From the sequence record NC_021796.1: a DNA stretch of 32,000 nt; one strand, given 5' to 3'. Both the position numbers and the translations under genes were made by a program. Shown here in pieces: positions 1 through 6,612 of the stretch (the stretch's first letter is position 1; each line of letters begins with the position of its first letter). Under the pieces are notes generated by a model, which saw nothing but the letters and a program-made list of their open reading frames with translations, had not been told where the DNA came from and did no database searches. The stretch is from Cellulophaga phage phi38:1.

Positions 1-107
1 TAATTGATTTTTGTTTGTATGTAAAATATTAAAGGTGTTCTGTTTGGTCATATGGTTCTTTGAACTATTATCTACCCGTGTCTCCCCTAATACCCCCATT
101 GTATTGT

Positions 108-554
108 TTAATATACTTTGCTTATCCTTTCAATAGCTTCTTTACACTCTATCTCTAATGCTAATTTAGAGGCCTCTGTACCCTTCCAATTCGCTGAATC
201 GTCGTGTATTATTTGAAGGAACTCCCAAACAATTACTGGATAACCTTTATACTCGTCTTTAAGGTATATATCTAATTCGGGTAAAGGCTTGGACTTATCT
301 ACCGTTGATATCTTTACACCTGCCAATGAGTAAAGACCCCCTCTATTGTTTAACTCCCCATAGTCCAACCCATCTAACATACATCTACCTACAGCGCACA
401 TTCCTCCGCCTTCTGCACGGTATTTGCAAAAATTAGATCCCTTGCTCTCTACACCCCTTCTACTCAAATCCTCGGAGTAGTATTGTACAGTCTCGTTTAA
501 CAATCTTACCATGTCTTCTTTAGACCTTGCGGTTTCTACTTTTACTTCTGACAT
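108..554 (-). CDS. hypothetical phage protein, paralogous to the 1380-1799 product
   Basis: 148-aa ORF; shares LNETVQYYSEDLSRR...MCAVGRCM with the ORF at 1380-1799. Confidence 0.85.
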   Translation of the reverse strand: MSEVKVETARSKEDMVRLLNETVQYYSEDLSRRGVESKGSNFCKYRAEGGGMCAVGRCMLDGLDYGELNNRGGLYSLAGVKISTVDKSKPLPELDIYLKDEYKGYPVIVWEFLQIIHDDSANWKGTEASKLALEIECKEAIERISKVY

Positions 555-574
555 CTCTTAAATTTTAATATTAG

Positions 575-646
575 TACTCTCTATAGGATTCGAACCTATG
601 TTTTTCGGATGAAAACCGAATGTCCTTACCGCTAGACGAAAAGAGC
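575..646 (-). tRNA. tRNA-Glu (anticodon TTC)
   Basis: Minus strand: 7-bp acceptor GCTCTTT/AGAGAGT with G-U pairs, anticodon arm TTCGG-TTTTCAT-CCGAA, T-arm ATAGG-TTCGAAT-CCTAT. Confidence 0.93.
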
Positions 647-653
647 TTTGTAC

Positions 654-1052
654 TTATTGTTTTACCCAATCACCTTTACCTTTATCTTTGAAGATGTATA
701 GCCTGCCCATAATATCATATGCACTCCCACCGCAGTAGTTCTCTTGCTCCCACTCTGTCCAATAATGGTAACCGCTGTCGTAGCTATCTTGAAGAGACTC
801 GTACCCATTCTCTTTAGCCATTTTCTCGGCGTCAGATCGGTACTTTATGTACATTGTGTCATGGAATAGGTAACCCTTATCCATACCCTCTCCTGTTACG
901 TCGCAACGTCTTGGATACAGCCTAGGTTCATTGGTTCCTTCTGTAATATTACGACGCTTCCAGTCTTCCAATTTTGATTCCAACTCTTCTATAGCAAAGG
1001 CTACGGAAGATATGGAGTATATTATCATTTCTATCAACTGTCTTTTAATCAT
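654..1052 (-). CDS. hypothetical protein
   Basis: 132-aa ORF in the leftward block, tight spacing, contains a RRCDVTGEGMDKGYLF motif. Confidence 0.8.
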   Translation of the reverse strand: MIKRQLIEMIIYSISSVAFAIEELESKLEDWKRRNITEGTNEPRLYPRRCDVTGEGMDKGYLFHDTMYIKYRSDAEKMAKENGYESLQDSYDSGYHYWTEWEQENYCGGSAYDIMGRLYIFKDKGKGDWVKQ

Positions 1053-1089
1053 AATTTCCCTAGGTTTTGGATAGTGAATAGGTCTCCTT

Positions 1090-1383
1090 TTATAGACCAG
1101 TTATTTTTATATATTGCTTATACTCTTTTCCGGACTTCTTACTAGTCCTAAGAATGTAGTAACTACCCCTAGTACTTTTATACACGGGGTACTCAACACC
1201 TTTCACGTCCATGGTGTATTTGGTCTTTGTAGCTTCGGATGCAGATTTACCACCTCCTACTTTTACTATTTTGTCACCTTGTACCACATAGGTAGGCTCT
1301 GTACTTTCTTGTGCAGACGCAACTATTGTTACAAATACTAATGTCAGTACTAATATTAACGATAACCTTTTAACTCTTCTCAT
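1090..1383 (-). CDS. hypothetical secreted protein with N-terminal signal-like segment
   Basis: 97-aa ORF, MRRVKRLSLILVLTLVFVTIVASAQ signal-like N-terminus; overlaps the neighbouring ORF by 4 bp. Confidence 0.75.
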   Translation of the reverse strand: MRRVKRLSLILVLTLVFVTIVASAQESTEPTYVVQGDKIVKVGGGKSASEATKTKYTMDVKGVEYPVYKSTRGSYYILRTSKKSGKEYKQYIKITGL

Positions 1384-1799
1384 AACTCTCCTTTTTCTAT
1401 ATCTGATTTAATTTGATTTAACTTTGCCGACCCCATTCTCGAAAGTCCTCTCCCTTCCCAATTAAGACTTTGGTCATGTAAACTTTGCAGAGACATCCAA
1501 AAGGTCATGTTTACACCTCTGTACTCATCCTTTAAGAGGGTGTCTAATTTCTCATCTTGCTCTTCAACTTCTACATTACGGAATATCTCTAAAGAAGTTA
1601 ATTCGCCCTGTGTGTTAAGGTCTTCAAATGGTGCGTCATCTCGCATACATCTACCCACAGCACACATATTCCCATGAGGAGTCTTGTATAGACACATGAA
1701 GTTTTCGTCGAGCGCCCTTCTACTTAAGTCCTCGGAGTAATACTTTACAGTTTCGTCTAGTATCTGTAGCTTTTTATCCCTTAATGCTTGGTTGTTCAT
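1380..1799 (-). CDS. hypothetical phage protein, paralogous to the 108-554 product
   Basis: 139-aa ORF; shares LDETVKYYSEDLSRR and MCAVGRCM with 108-554. Confidence 0.85.
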   Translation of the reverse strand: MNNQALRDKKLQILDETVKYYSEDLSRRALDENFMCLYKTPHGNMCAVGRCMRDDAPFEDLNTQGELTSLEIFRNVEVEEQDEKLDTLLKDEYRGVNMTFWMSLQSLHDQSLNWEGRGLSRMGSAKLNQIKSDIEKGEL

Positions 1800-1833
1800 T
1801 TCGTCCTGTTTTTGATAGTGGATACTTGTTCTT

Positions 1834-2088
1834 TTATACTATTTCCCATGCCTCGTGCAACTCACCGAATGCATAAACTAAACAGTAGTCCTCACCTTCT
1901 AAGTCGTCAGTATCCCAAAAGTTGGTGTTTACGGCTATTTTTTCAGGGTGATAAGCTGCTATAATAGTATGGTCTCCACCATAAAGAGGGTGTTCATACA
2001 AAGATATAGTTTGCCCCTCTCTATTTATAACTTCTGATAATAGTGTAGGATTTAGAGACATTAATTTCTCGTAGCTAATTCTTTTCAT
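1834..2088 (-). CDS. hypothetical protein
   Basis: 84-aa ORF in the leftward block. Confidence 0.7.
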   Translation of the reverse strand: MKRISYEKLMSLNPTLLSEVINREGQTISLYEHPLYGGDHTIIAAYHPEKIAVNTNFWDTDDLEGEDYCLVYAFGELHEAWEIV

Positions 2089-2112
2089 AACTTGTTTATT
2101 TTTGGGGTTTTA

Positions 2113-2226
2113 TTAAAGATTTGATGTGTTCACTGCTCCCGATAAGATAGCGACCAATAAACTTAATGCAGTTACTACTATAATAACTACCAATACATTT
2201 ACGAATACTTTTTTTGCAAGTTCCAT
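2113..2226 (-). CDS. small single-pass membrane protein (37 aa)
   Basis: Minus-strand ATG...TAA reading MELAKKVFVNVLVVIIVVTALSLLVAILSGAVNTSNL; hydrophobic core; not in the supplied track because it is short. Confidence 0.5.
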   Translation of the reverse strand: MELAKKVFVNVLVVIIVVTALSLLVAILSGAVNTSNL

Positions 2227-2314
2227 ATCTTACTATTTTAAAATTAGGGGCAATTAGTGGGATCGAGCCACCTACCAAGAGTAAATTCAAGGTGTTACCA
2301 AACATTACCATATA

Positions 2315-2352
2315 AAAAACCCGTGATAACTGTCAAGGATTACCACGGGCAA
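2315..2352 (-). terminator. intrinsic terminator of the leftward transcript
   Basis: Minus strand CCCGTGgTAA...TTAtCACGGG followed by TTTTTT. Confidence 0.75.
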
Positions 2353-2393
2353 AATGAAAAAAATACTGTTTAATCGTAAACAGCATACCTTAA

Positions 2394-2879
2394 TTATGCC
2401 ATTACAGGCTCTAATACTTCTTTTTTAGCTTCTGCTTTTTTAGCCGCTTCTTTTTTAGCCTTATTAGCTGCCCTTGTTTCAGCCGCTTTTTTAGCTCTAT
2501 CTTTAGCCGCCTTTATTTGTTCAGGAGTTCTCACTTCTGTTGTAGGCTTCGCCACCTCTTTTTTAGCTTCAACTGGCTCTGTGGTCATATCCTTTGCCAC
2601 CTTCAAAGTTCTGTGTAGTGTTTGCAATACGTAGTAAGCCGAGTAAGTTCCTAGGTCTTTACCTTTGTACTTTGAAGTACGAACTGTTTTCTTAAATTTC
2701 TTGAATGCATCGGAATCGTCTCTTATGAAAGTCAATAATTCGATTGCAGGCTCACTTAAGTTTATTTCCTTCTTAAATATTAGTAACATTTTTACACACC
2801 CTCCCAAAGTTTTACCTTCTGCTTTAAGTGCCTTGTTTACATCATTTACATTTTTTTGGTAACTAGATACATTTGCCAT
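2394..2879 (-). CDS. Lys/Ala-rich hypothetical protein
   Basis: 161-aa ORF with C-terminal low-complexity KKEAAKKAEAKKE tail. Confidence 0.8.
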   Translation of the reverse strand: MANVSSYQKNVNDVNKALKAEGKTLGGCVKMLLIFKKEINLSEPAIELLTFIRDDSDAFKKFKKTVRTSKYKGKDLGTYSAYYVLQTLHRTLKVAKDMTTEPVEAKKEVAKPTTEVRTPEQIKAAKDRAKKAAETRAANKAKKEAAKKAEAKKEVLEPVMA

Positions 2880-2925
2880 AACTTTTAATTTTAAGATTAT
2901 TATTTTATTTTATTATTTGATTATT

Positions 2926-3530
2926 TTGCGTTTCTACGCTTAGGTACTACACAGAATATTCTCTACGTCTGTGTAGCAAGTTGTAATTTCAATTTATTGT
3001 TTATACTTCTATTTTGTCAAATTTTACTCGGTTTGGCTCGTTTTAATATTGCAAAATACTGTTTACATTATTGCCTTTGCTATTGGCTAGTAAAACAGTA
3101 CATAAAACTTATTAAGGTTTTATCGTAGTGCAACACGAAATTGCTAAAATTATCAATTTCAAAGTGTTTTATTACTTTATAAGCACTCAAGTCGTGCCGG
3201 TATAGGAGTGCCAAATATTTTACGGTGGCTTCCACTGGTAACATTCTAAGTTACCCTCCTGACAGTTTCTTATATACCGAAGAACTGCCTTTTCGGTTTT
3301 ATAATTAAAATAGTGTTTATTGTTTGAAATTTAAGGCTGTGCCTACTTTATACAAATTACCCTTGCGTCCTGTTTTAAACGTACACGGTATTTCACCGTT
3401 ATTAAAAAATCAAGTATCTCGATTCTTTCTAACTAATTCGTTAGATTTTAGCAGTTTTAAGGCTGCCACACTTCCGAGGGATTATAAACTACACTAAATT
3501 AAAGAACTTATGTTATAATTAGTTACTTAC
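2926..3530 (-). ncRNA. candidate large structured noncoding RNA
   Basis: No ORF. Dense inverted repeats: CTACACAG/CTGTGTAG (2947-2954/2969-2976), TACTGTTT/AAACAGTA (3057-3064/3093-3100), AACACGAAATTG/CAATTTCaaaGTGTT (3132-3168), GTGG/CCAC (3225-3235), GGTAAC/GTTACC (3237-3255), CAGTT/AACTG (3263-3287) interlocked with ACCGAA/TTCGGT (3276-3297), AGGC/GCCT (3334-3344), ACGGT/ACCGT (3385-3399), TCTAAC/GTTAGA (3428-3445), GCAG/CTGC (3451-3466). Confidence 0.6.
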
Positions 3531-3538
3531 TAACTACG

Positions 3539-3608
3539 CTACAAATGTATTAAAACAATATTGATTAAAAGCTATTTATTCGACGAACTACCTAAAAATC
3601 GGTTAAAC
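3539..3608 (-). promoter_or_regulatory. leftward promoter-like module, copy 1
   Basis: Minus-strand TACATTTG (TAnnTTTG) plus upstream 28-nt block cgacgaactacctaaaaatcggttaaac (plus-strand text); same block spacing as copy 2. Confidence 0.6.
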
Positions 3609-3776
3609 TGTATTTTGTAGACCCTGAGCCAAGTTTTTAGTAGATTTATACATTAAGATACTACTTACTTACTTTTATTGGCAGCTATACACATATACAC
3701 CCTATGATAGGTATTTTCGTCACTTGCTTATCAATATGCTAAAAGAACGTTTGCAGCTTGTTACTCGTTAACTGCC

Positions 3777-3846
3777 CTACAAATGTACGGCGGACTTAGA
3801 GATATTAAACTAAAAATCCGACGAACTACCTAAAAAATCGTTAAAC
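3777..3846 (-). promoter_or_regulatory. leftward promoter-like module, copy 2
   Basis: CTACAAATGTA then cgacgaactacctaaaaaatcgttaaac starting 42 nt after the start of CTACAAATGTA, exactly as in copy 1. Confidence 0.6.
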
Positions 3847-4066
3847 GGTAAAATTGAGGTTTTTGTGGGCTACTATAGGTATTTGCGCACGTGTGCGGGA
3901 TACGTTGTAAAAAAGAAAGGTGGTTTTGTGGGTGGTTTGCGGGGCGGGTTGGTAAGGTCTACCATGTGAATGGCTGCTATTATGATAGTGATATTTTAAC
4001 AGAGTTAGTTATCTGGTAAGCATGTGACAGTATGGCAGGTTATGGTGTCAGTTTGTCAGGTGTTGT

Positions 4067-4132
4067 TATGTGGAAGGTAGAGTCTGACAGGGTGGCAGTA
4101 TGTGGAAGGTATTATATGACAGGGTGGCAGTA
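4067..4132 (+). repeat. short direct repeats, iteron-like
   Basis: TGACAGGGTGGCAGTA at 4085-4100 and 4117-4132; ATGTGGAAGGTA twice at about 4068-4079 and 4100-4111; related GTGACAGTATGGCAGG at about 4024. Confidence 0.8.
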
Positions 4133-4311
4133 AAACAATAATTATTTATAGAATAGCAAGCAGCAAATAAATATCCTAATCAAATAAACTATGTTAAACA
4201 GGTATTAAACAGACTTTATTTATAGCAGATTGACCCGTATAAAATGATGCGGAGAAAGTTAAGGAGTTTAATGTAAGTGACTGCAAACCAAGTAATTAAC
4301 AGCCTAGAAAA

Positions 4312-4450
4312 GCTAAAAACTATACGCAAATTTGAAAAAATGCGAACCCCACCCCGTTAAAAAAATCGGGTTTGCCATAGCAGCGTGAGGCCCGTGGGTA
4401 TAGTATGTCTTAAAACAGAAAATGCAAGAGAACTTCGAAAGTTGGTGCAA
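4312..4450 (+). ncRNA. candidate small structured RNA
   Basis: Outer stem ACTATAC (4319-4325)/GTATAGT (4398-4404) enclosing GCGAACCC/GGGTTTGC (4342-4349/4368-4375), then TGCA..AACTTcgaAAGTT..TGCA (4423-4449); no plausible ORF on plus strand. Confidence 0.5.
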
Positions 4451-4562
4451 AAACATGCATAAAATGGCCCCTAAAGTACGTGACAAACTTTTTACCGAAT
4501 TATTTACTTGCACCCCTCGAAAGATTTTACTACCTTTATATCTCATTTAAACAAGGATTATT

Positions 4563-4856
4563 ATGTCAGATAAATTACTAGGAGCGATCGAATTAAAAAC
4601 TATTAGAATAGATACAGTATTCTACGATTATGAGGGTCAAGATTTAGGAGACGAAGAAGTAAGGGAAAGTATCCTCGGAGGAGACTATGGAGCAGTTAGT
4701 GTTTATGTAAACGACGTCTTAGCATCTTCTTACGGTGACTACTACCACGAGAAGGGTGATGTAGCAGCAGATGCTTTTGCAAGTGGCCTGTTATTTGCAT
4801 TAAACGCCCCAGAAGACTTCGAGATACTCTATACAAATTCAATAGAGGTGTATTAA
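4563..4856 (+). CDS. hypothetical protein
   Basis: 97-aa acidic ORF, first gene of the rightward block. Confidence 0.85.
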   Translation: MSDKLLGAIELKTIRIDTVFYDYEGQDLGDEEVRESILGGDYGAVSVYVNDVLASSYGDYYHEKGDVAADAFASGLLFALNAPEDFEILYTNSIEVY

Positions 4857-4876
4857 TAGTGGTAATTTTATAAAAT

Positions 4877-5008
4877 ATGGCACGTACATGGGAATCATTC
4901 GGGGAGTTTTGGTCTGAACTATCAAAAGATCAGAGGACGTACTTAAAAGAGTACATAAATAAGAAAACACGACAGGCCGTCGAACAATATAAAGAAAGTC
5001 TCGAATAA
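4877..5008 (+). CDS. hypothetical small protein (43 aa)
   Basis: ATG...TAA reading MARTWESFGEFWSELSKDQRTYLKEYINKKTRQAVEQYKESLE. Confidence 0.55.
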   Translation: MARTWESFGEFWSELSKDQRTYLKEYINKKTRQAVEQYKESLE

Positions 5009-5026
5009 CAGCTCGAATACTTTTAC

Positions 5027-5034
5027 TATATTTG
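5027..5034 (+). promoter_or_regulatory. Bacteroidota-type -7 promoter box
   Basis: TATATTTG upstream of the ORF at 5062. Confidence 0.5.
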
Positions 5035-5061
5035 CACCTAACACTATAAACATTATAAACT

Positions 5062-5208
5062 ATGATTACATTTTTAGTAGGAGTATTGGCCGGAGCGGCA
5101 GGCTTCGCATTAATCTTGAAGAACAACCCTAAATTACAAGCATATTTCAATAGTGCTGCAGACGAGTTGGAGCGAAAGATTGAAGAAAAAACCGGAAAAG
5201 ACATCTAA
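5062..5208 (+). CDS. hypothetical small membrane-anchored protein (48 aa)
   Basis: MITFLVGVLAGAAGFALILKNNPKLQAYFNSAADELERKIEEKTGKDI. Confidence 0.6.
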   Translation: MITFLVGVLAGAAGFALILKNNPKLQAYFNSAADELERKIEEKTGKDI

Positions 5209-5225
5209 AACAAAAATTATTTACA

Positions 5226-5266
5226 AGTAAGTTTTTTTATATCAAAAAAAAGTTGTATATTTGTAT
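5226..5266 (+). promoter_or_regulatory. tRNA-array promoter cassette, copy 1
   Basis: aAGTAAGTTTTTTTATATCAAAAAAAAGTTGTATATTTG, repeated near-identically at about 6705 and 7945; contains the TATATTTG box at 5256-5263. Confidence 0.8.
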
Positions 5267-5282
5267 CAAAGCAATAAGATCG

Positions 5283-5360
5283 ATGAAAACAATTATGAAC
5301 ATAGCGACAGATATTAGAACCAAGGGAGTGAAACTCTTGGGGAGGAGCCGTGTACTATAA
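5283..5360 (+). CDS. leader micro-ORF 1 (25 aa)
   Basis: MKTIMNIATDIRTKGVKLLGRSRVL; lies between the promoter cassette and the terminator hairpin. Confidence 0.45.
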   Translation: MKTIMNIATDIRTKGVKLLGRSRVL

Positions 5361-5389
5361 TTTCTTTAGATATAAGATGTTTATTACAG

Positions 5390-5416
5390 CCCTCCCCTAA
5401 AAAGGAGGGTTTTTTA
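5390..5416 (+). terminator. intrinsic terminator/attenuator preceding tRNA array 1
   Basis: CCCTCC...GGAGGG followed by TTTTTT. Confidence 0.8.
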
Positions 5417-5417
5417 T

Positions 5418-5494
5418 TGGGGCTGCATGAACCAAGGCAAGGCGACTTTGATTTGCAATCAGAGTGAGATGGGTTCGATACCCATGAGTTCCAC
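5418..5494 (+). tRNA. tRNA-like gene, probable tRNA-Ala (TGC)
   Basis: T-arm ATGGG-TTCGATA-CCCAT, acceptor TGGGGCT/AGTTCCA, anticodon arm TTTGA-TTTGCAA-TCAGA; D-arm not canonical. Confidence 0.6.
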
Positions 5495-5521
5495 AATAAG
5501 ATCCCTTACTGACACCAAATT

Positions 5522-5594
5522 GCCCTTGTAGCAAACAGGTTGTAGGCAACCGTCTTTTAAACGGTGGGGCTAGGTTCGATTCCTAGCAGGGGCA
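5522..5594 (+). tRNA. tRNA-Lys (TTT)
   Basis: Acceptor GCCCTTG/CAGGGGC, anticodon arm ACCGT-CTTTTAA-ACGGT, T-arm CTAGG-TTCGATT-CCTAG; weak D-stem. Confidence 0.85.
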
Positions 5595-5643
5595 CATAAG
5601 TAAATTAGCTTATATAATGGATTATAAGCGAATAAGGTAATAT

Positions 5644-5716
5644 TGGAGTATAGCTCAGCGGTTAGAGCACTCCCCTGATACGGGAGATGTCGTAGGTTCG
5701 AAACCTTCTACTCCAA
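5644..5716 (+). tRNA. tRNA-Ile (GAT)
   Basis: Acceptor TGGAGTA/TACTCCA, D-arm GCTC..GAGC, anticodon arm CTCCC-CTGATAC-GGGAG, TTCGAAA T-loop. Confidence 0.93.
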
Positions 5717-5804
5717 CGAGGCGGAAGACTACCGAAAGAAGGAAAAAGGAAAAAAGTTGGACTAAGAGATTGTTTTTACCTCAACTCTATAAAAAGAGGA
5801 ATTT

Positions 5805-5877
5805 GCGTAAGAGGCCATAGTGGAATGGCGCCTGCCTTCCAAGTAGGAGATAGCGAGTTCGAACCTCGTCTTACGCT
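5805..5877 (+). tRNA. tRNA-Gly (TCC)
   Basis: Acceptor GCGTAAG/CTTACGC, D-arm GCCA..TGGC, anticodon arm CCTGC-CTTCCAA-GTAGG, T-arm GCGAG-TTCGAAC-CTCGT. Confidence 0.93.
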
Positions 5878-5887
5878 CTTTTAAAAT

Positions 5888-5956
5888 TGTGGGTGGTCGT
5901 GGTGACCAGAGGGCCTCATAAGTCCTTATAGATGGGTTCGACTCCCATACCCGCCA
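5888..5956 (+). tRNA. tRNA-Met (CAT), noncanonical D region
   Basis: Anticodon arm AGGGC-CTCATAA-GTCCT, T-arm ATGGG-TTCGACT-CCCAT, acceptor tGTGGGT/ACCCGCc; subtype (initiator, elongator or Ile2) not resolved. Confidence 0.75.
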
Positions 5957-6031
5957 CAAAAGTCGTTTCTACACTCTTCGGGATAAAGGGTGTTCGTACG
6001 ACACTCGGCAGTTAATCGACATCTGCCAACT

Positions 6032-6108
6032 GGTCTAATAAGCGTGTTTGGTAACACGAATTGCACTGTCACTGCTCTAAAACGAGGGTTCGAATCCCTC
6101 TTAGACCG
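6032..6108 (+). tRNA. tRNA-Asp (GTC)
   Basis: Acceptor GGTCTAA/TTAGACC, anticodon loop CTGTCAC, T-arm GAGGG-TTCGAAT-CCCTC. Confidence 0.85.
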
Positions 6109-6118
6109 CTTTAATTAT

Positions 6119-6192
6119 GCACTAATGACTGAATAGGAAATGGTACTTCATTTGTAACGAAGATAATTCGGGTTCGACTCCTGATTAGTGCT
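6119..6192 (+). tRNA. tRNA-Thr (TGT)
   Basis: Acceptor GCACTAA/TTAGTGC, anticodon loop TTTGTAA, T-loop TTCGACT. Confidence 0.87.
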
Positions 6193-6255
6193 CAACATAC
6201 TTAATCCGCCTATCGAGAAGTTTTGAAGCGCATTAGATTAAGTGTTTTCTGAAAA

Positions 6256-6304
6256 AGGGGCTTAGCGAATACTAGATATCGTTAACAAAGGCCCCTTTTT
6301 ATTT
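6256..6304 (+). terminator. structured intrinsic terminator
   Basis: AAAGGGGC-TTAGCGA..TCGTTAA-caaa-GGCCCCTTTTT. Confidence 0.7.
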
Positions 6305-6401
6305 ATCAGGATAAAAGTATTGTAATGGAGTTTTGAGTTATGGAAATAAGCTTCTCCACGTTAAAAACAAAAAAGTAGGTGTAGTAATATGCTTACCATA
6401 T

Positions 6402-6475
6402 ACCAGATTAGCTCAGCGGTTTAGAGCAGCTCTTTTACAAGGAGAAGGTCGATAGTTCGAATCTATCATTTGGTA
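6402..6475 (+). tRNA. tRNA-Val (TAC)
   Basis: Acceptor ACCAGAT/ATTTGGT, D-arm GCTC..GAGC, anticodon loop TTTACAA, T-arm GATAG-TTCGAAT-CTATC. Confidence 0.92.
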
Positions 6476-6481
6476 CGACAG

Positions 6482-6537
6482 TACCTACCACACTTCTAGG
6501 AGAACGTCTCAAAGTGTCCAAGGGTAGGTCTTTTTTA
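6482..6537 (+). terminator. branched terminator-like hairpin between tRNAs
   Basis: ACCTACC..GGGTAGGT enclosing ACACTT..AAGTGT and GAGA..TCTC, followed by TTTTTT. Confidence 0.65.
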
Positions 6538-6607
6538 CCTCTATAGTTTAAAGGAAGAATACGGCGCTTCTAACGCTATGGTCGGGGTTCGAATCCCTGT
6601 AGAGGTT
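6537..6607 (+). tRNA. tRNA-Arg (TCT)
   Basis: Acceptor ACCTCTA/TAGAGGT, anticodon loop CTTCTAA, T-arm CGGGG-TTCGAAT-CCCTG. Confidence 0.88.
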
Positions 6608-6612
6608 CTTAT

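Noticed and set aside
1114-1341. Plus-strand ORF opposite the 1090-1383 gene
   Set aside because: Antisense to a better supported signal-peptide ORF and against the direction of the leftward block; low-complexity composition.
2096-2311. 71-aa minus-strand ORF
   Set aside because: Overlaps a 37-aa membrane ORF in another frame and a tRNA-like element; composition unconvincing.
2926-4132. CRISPR array
   Set aside because: The direct repeats are only two copies with unequal spacers; no regular 28-36 bp repeat/spacer pattern and no cas genes in the window.
4313-4546. 77-aa minus-strand ORF
   Set aside because: Coincides with the inverted-repeat-rich segment and opposes the rightward gene direction; probably spurious.
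5314-5496. Minus-strand ORFs across the tRNA region (5314-5496, 5762-5959, 6541-6762, 8258-8440, 8535-8720) and plus-strand 8461-8730
   Set aside because: They read through tRNA genes; peptides such as RVWESNPSIRTYEALW and RDSNPQKSGF are recurring translation artefacts of T-arm sequences.
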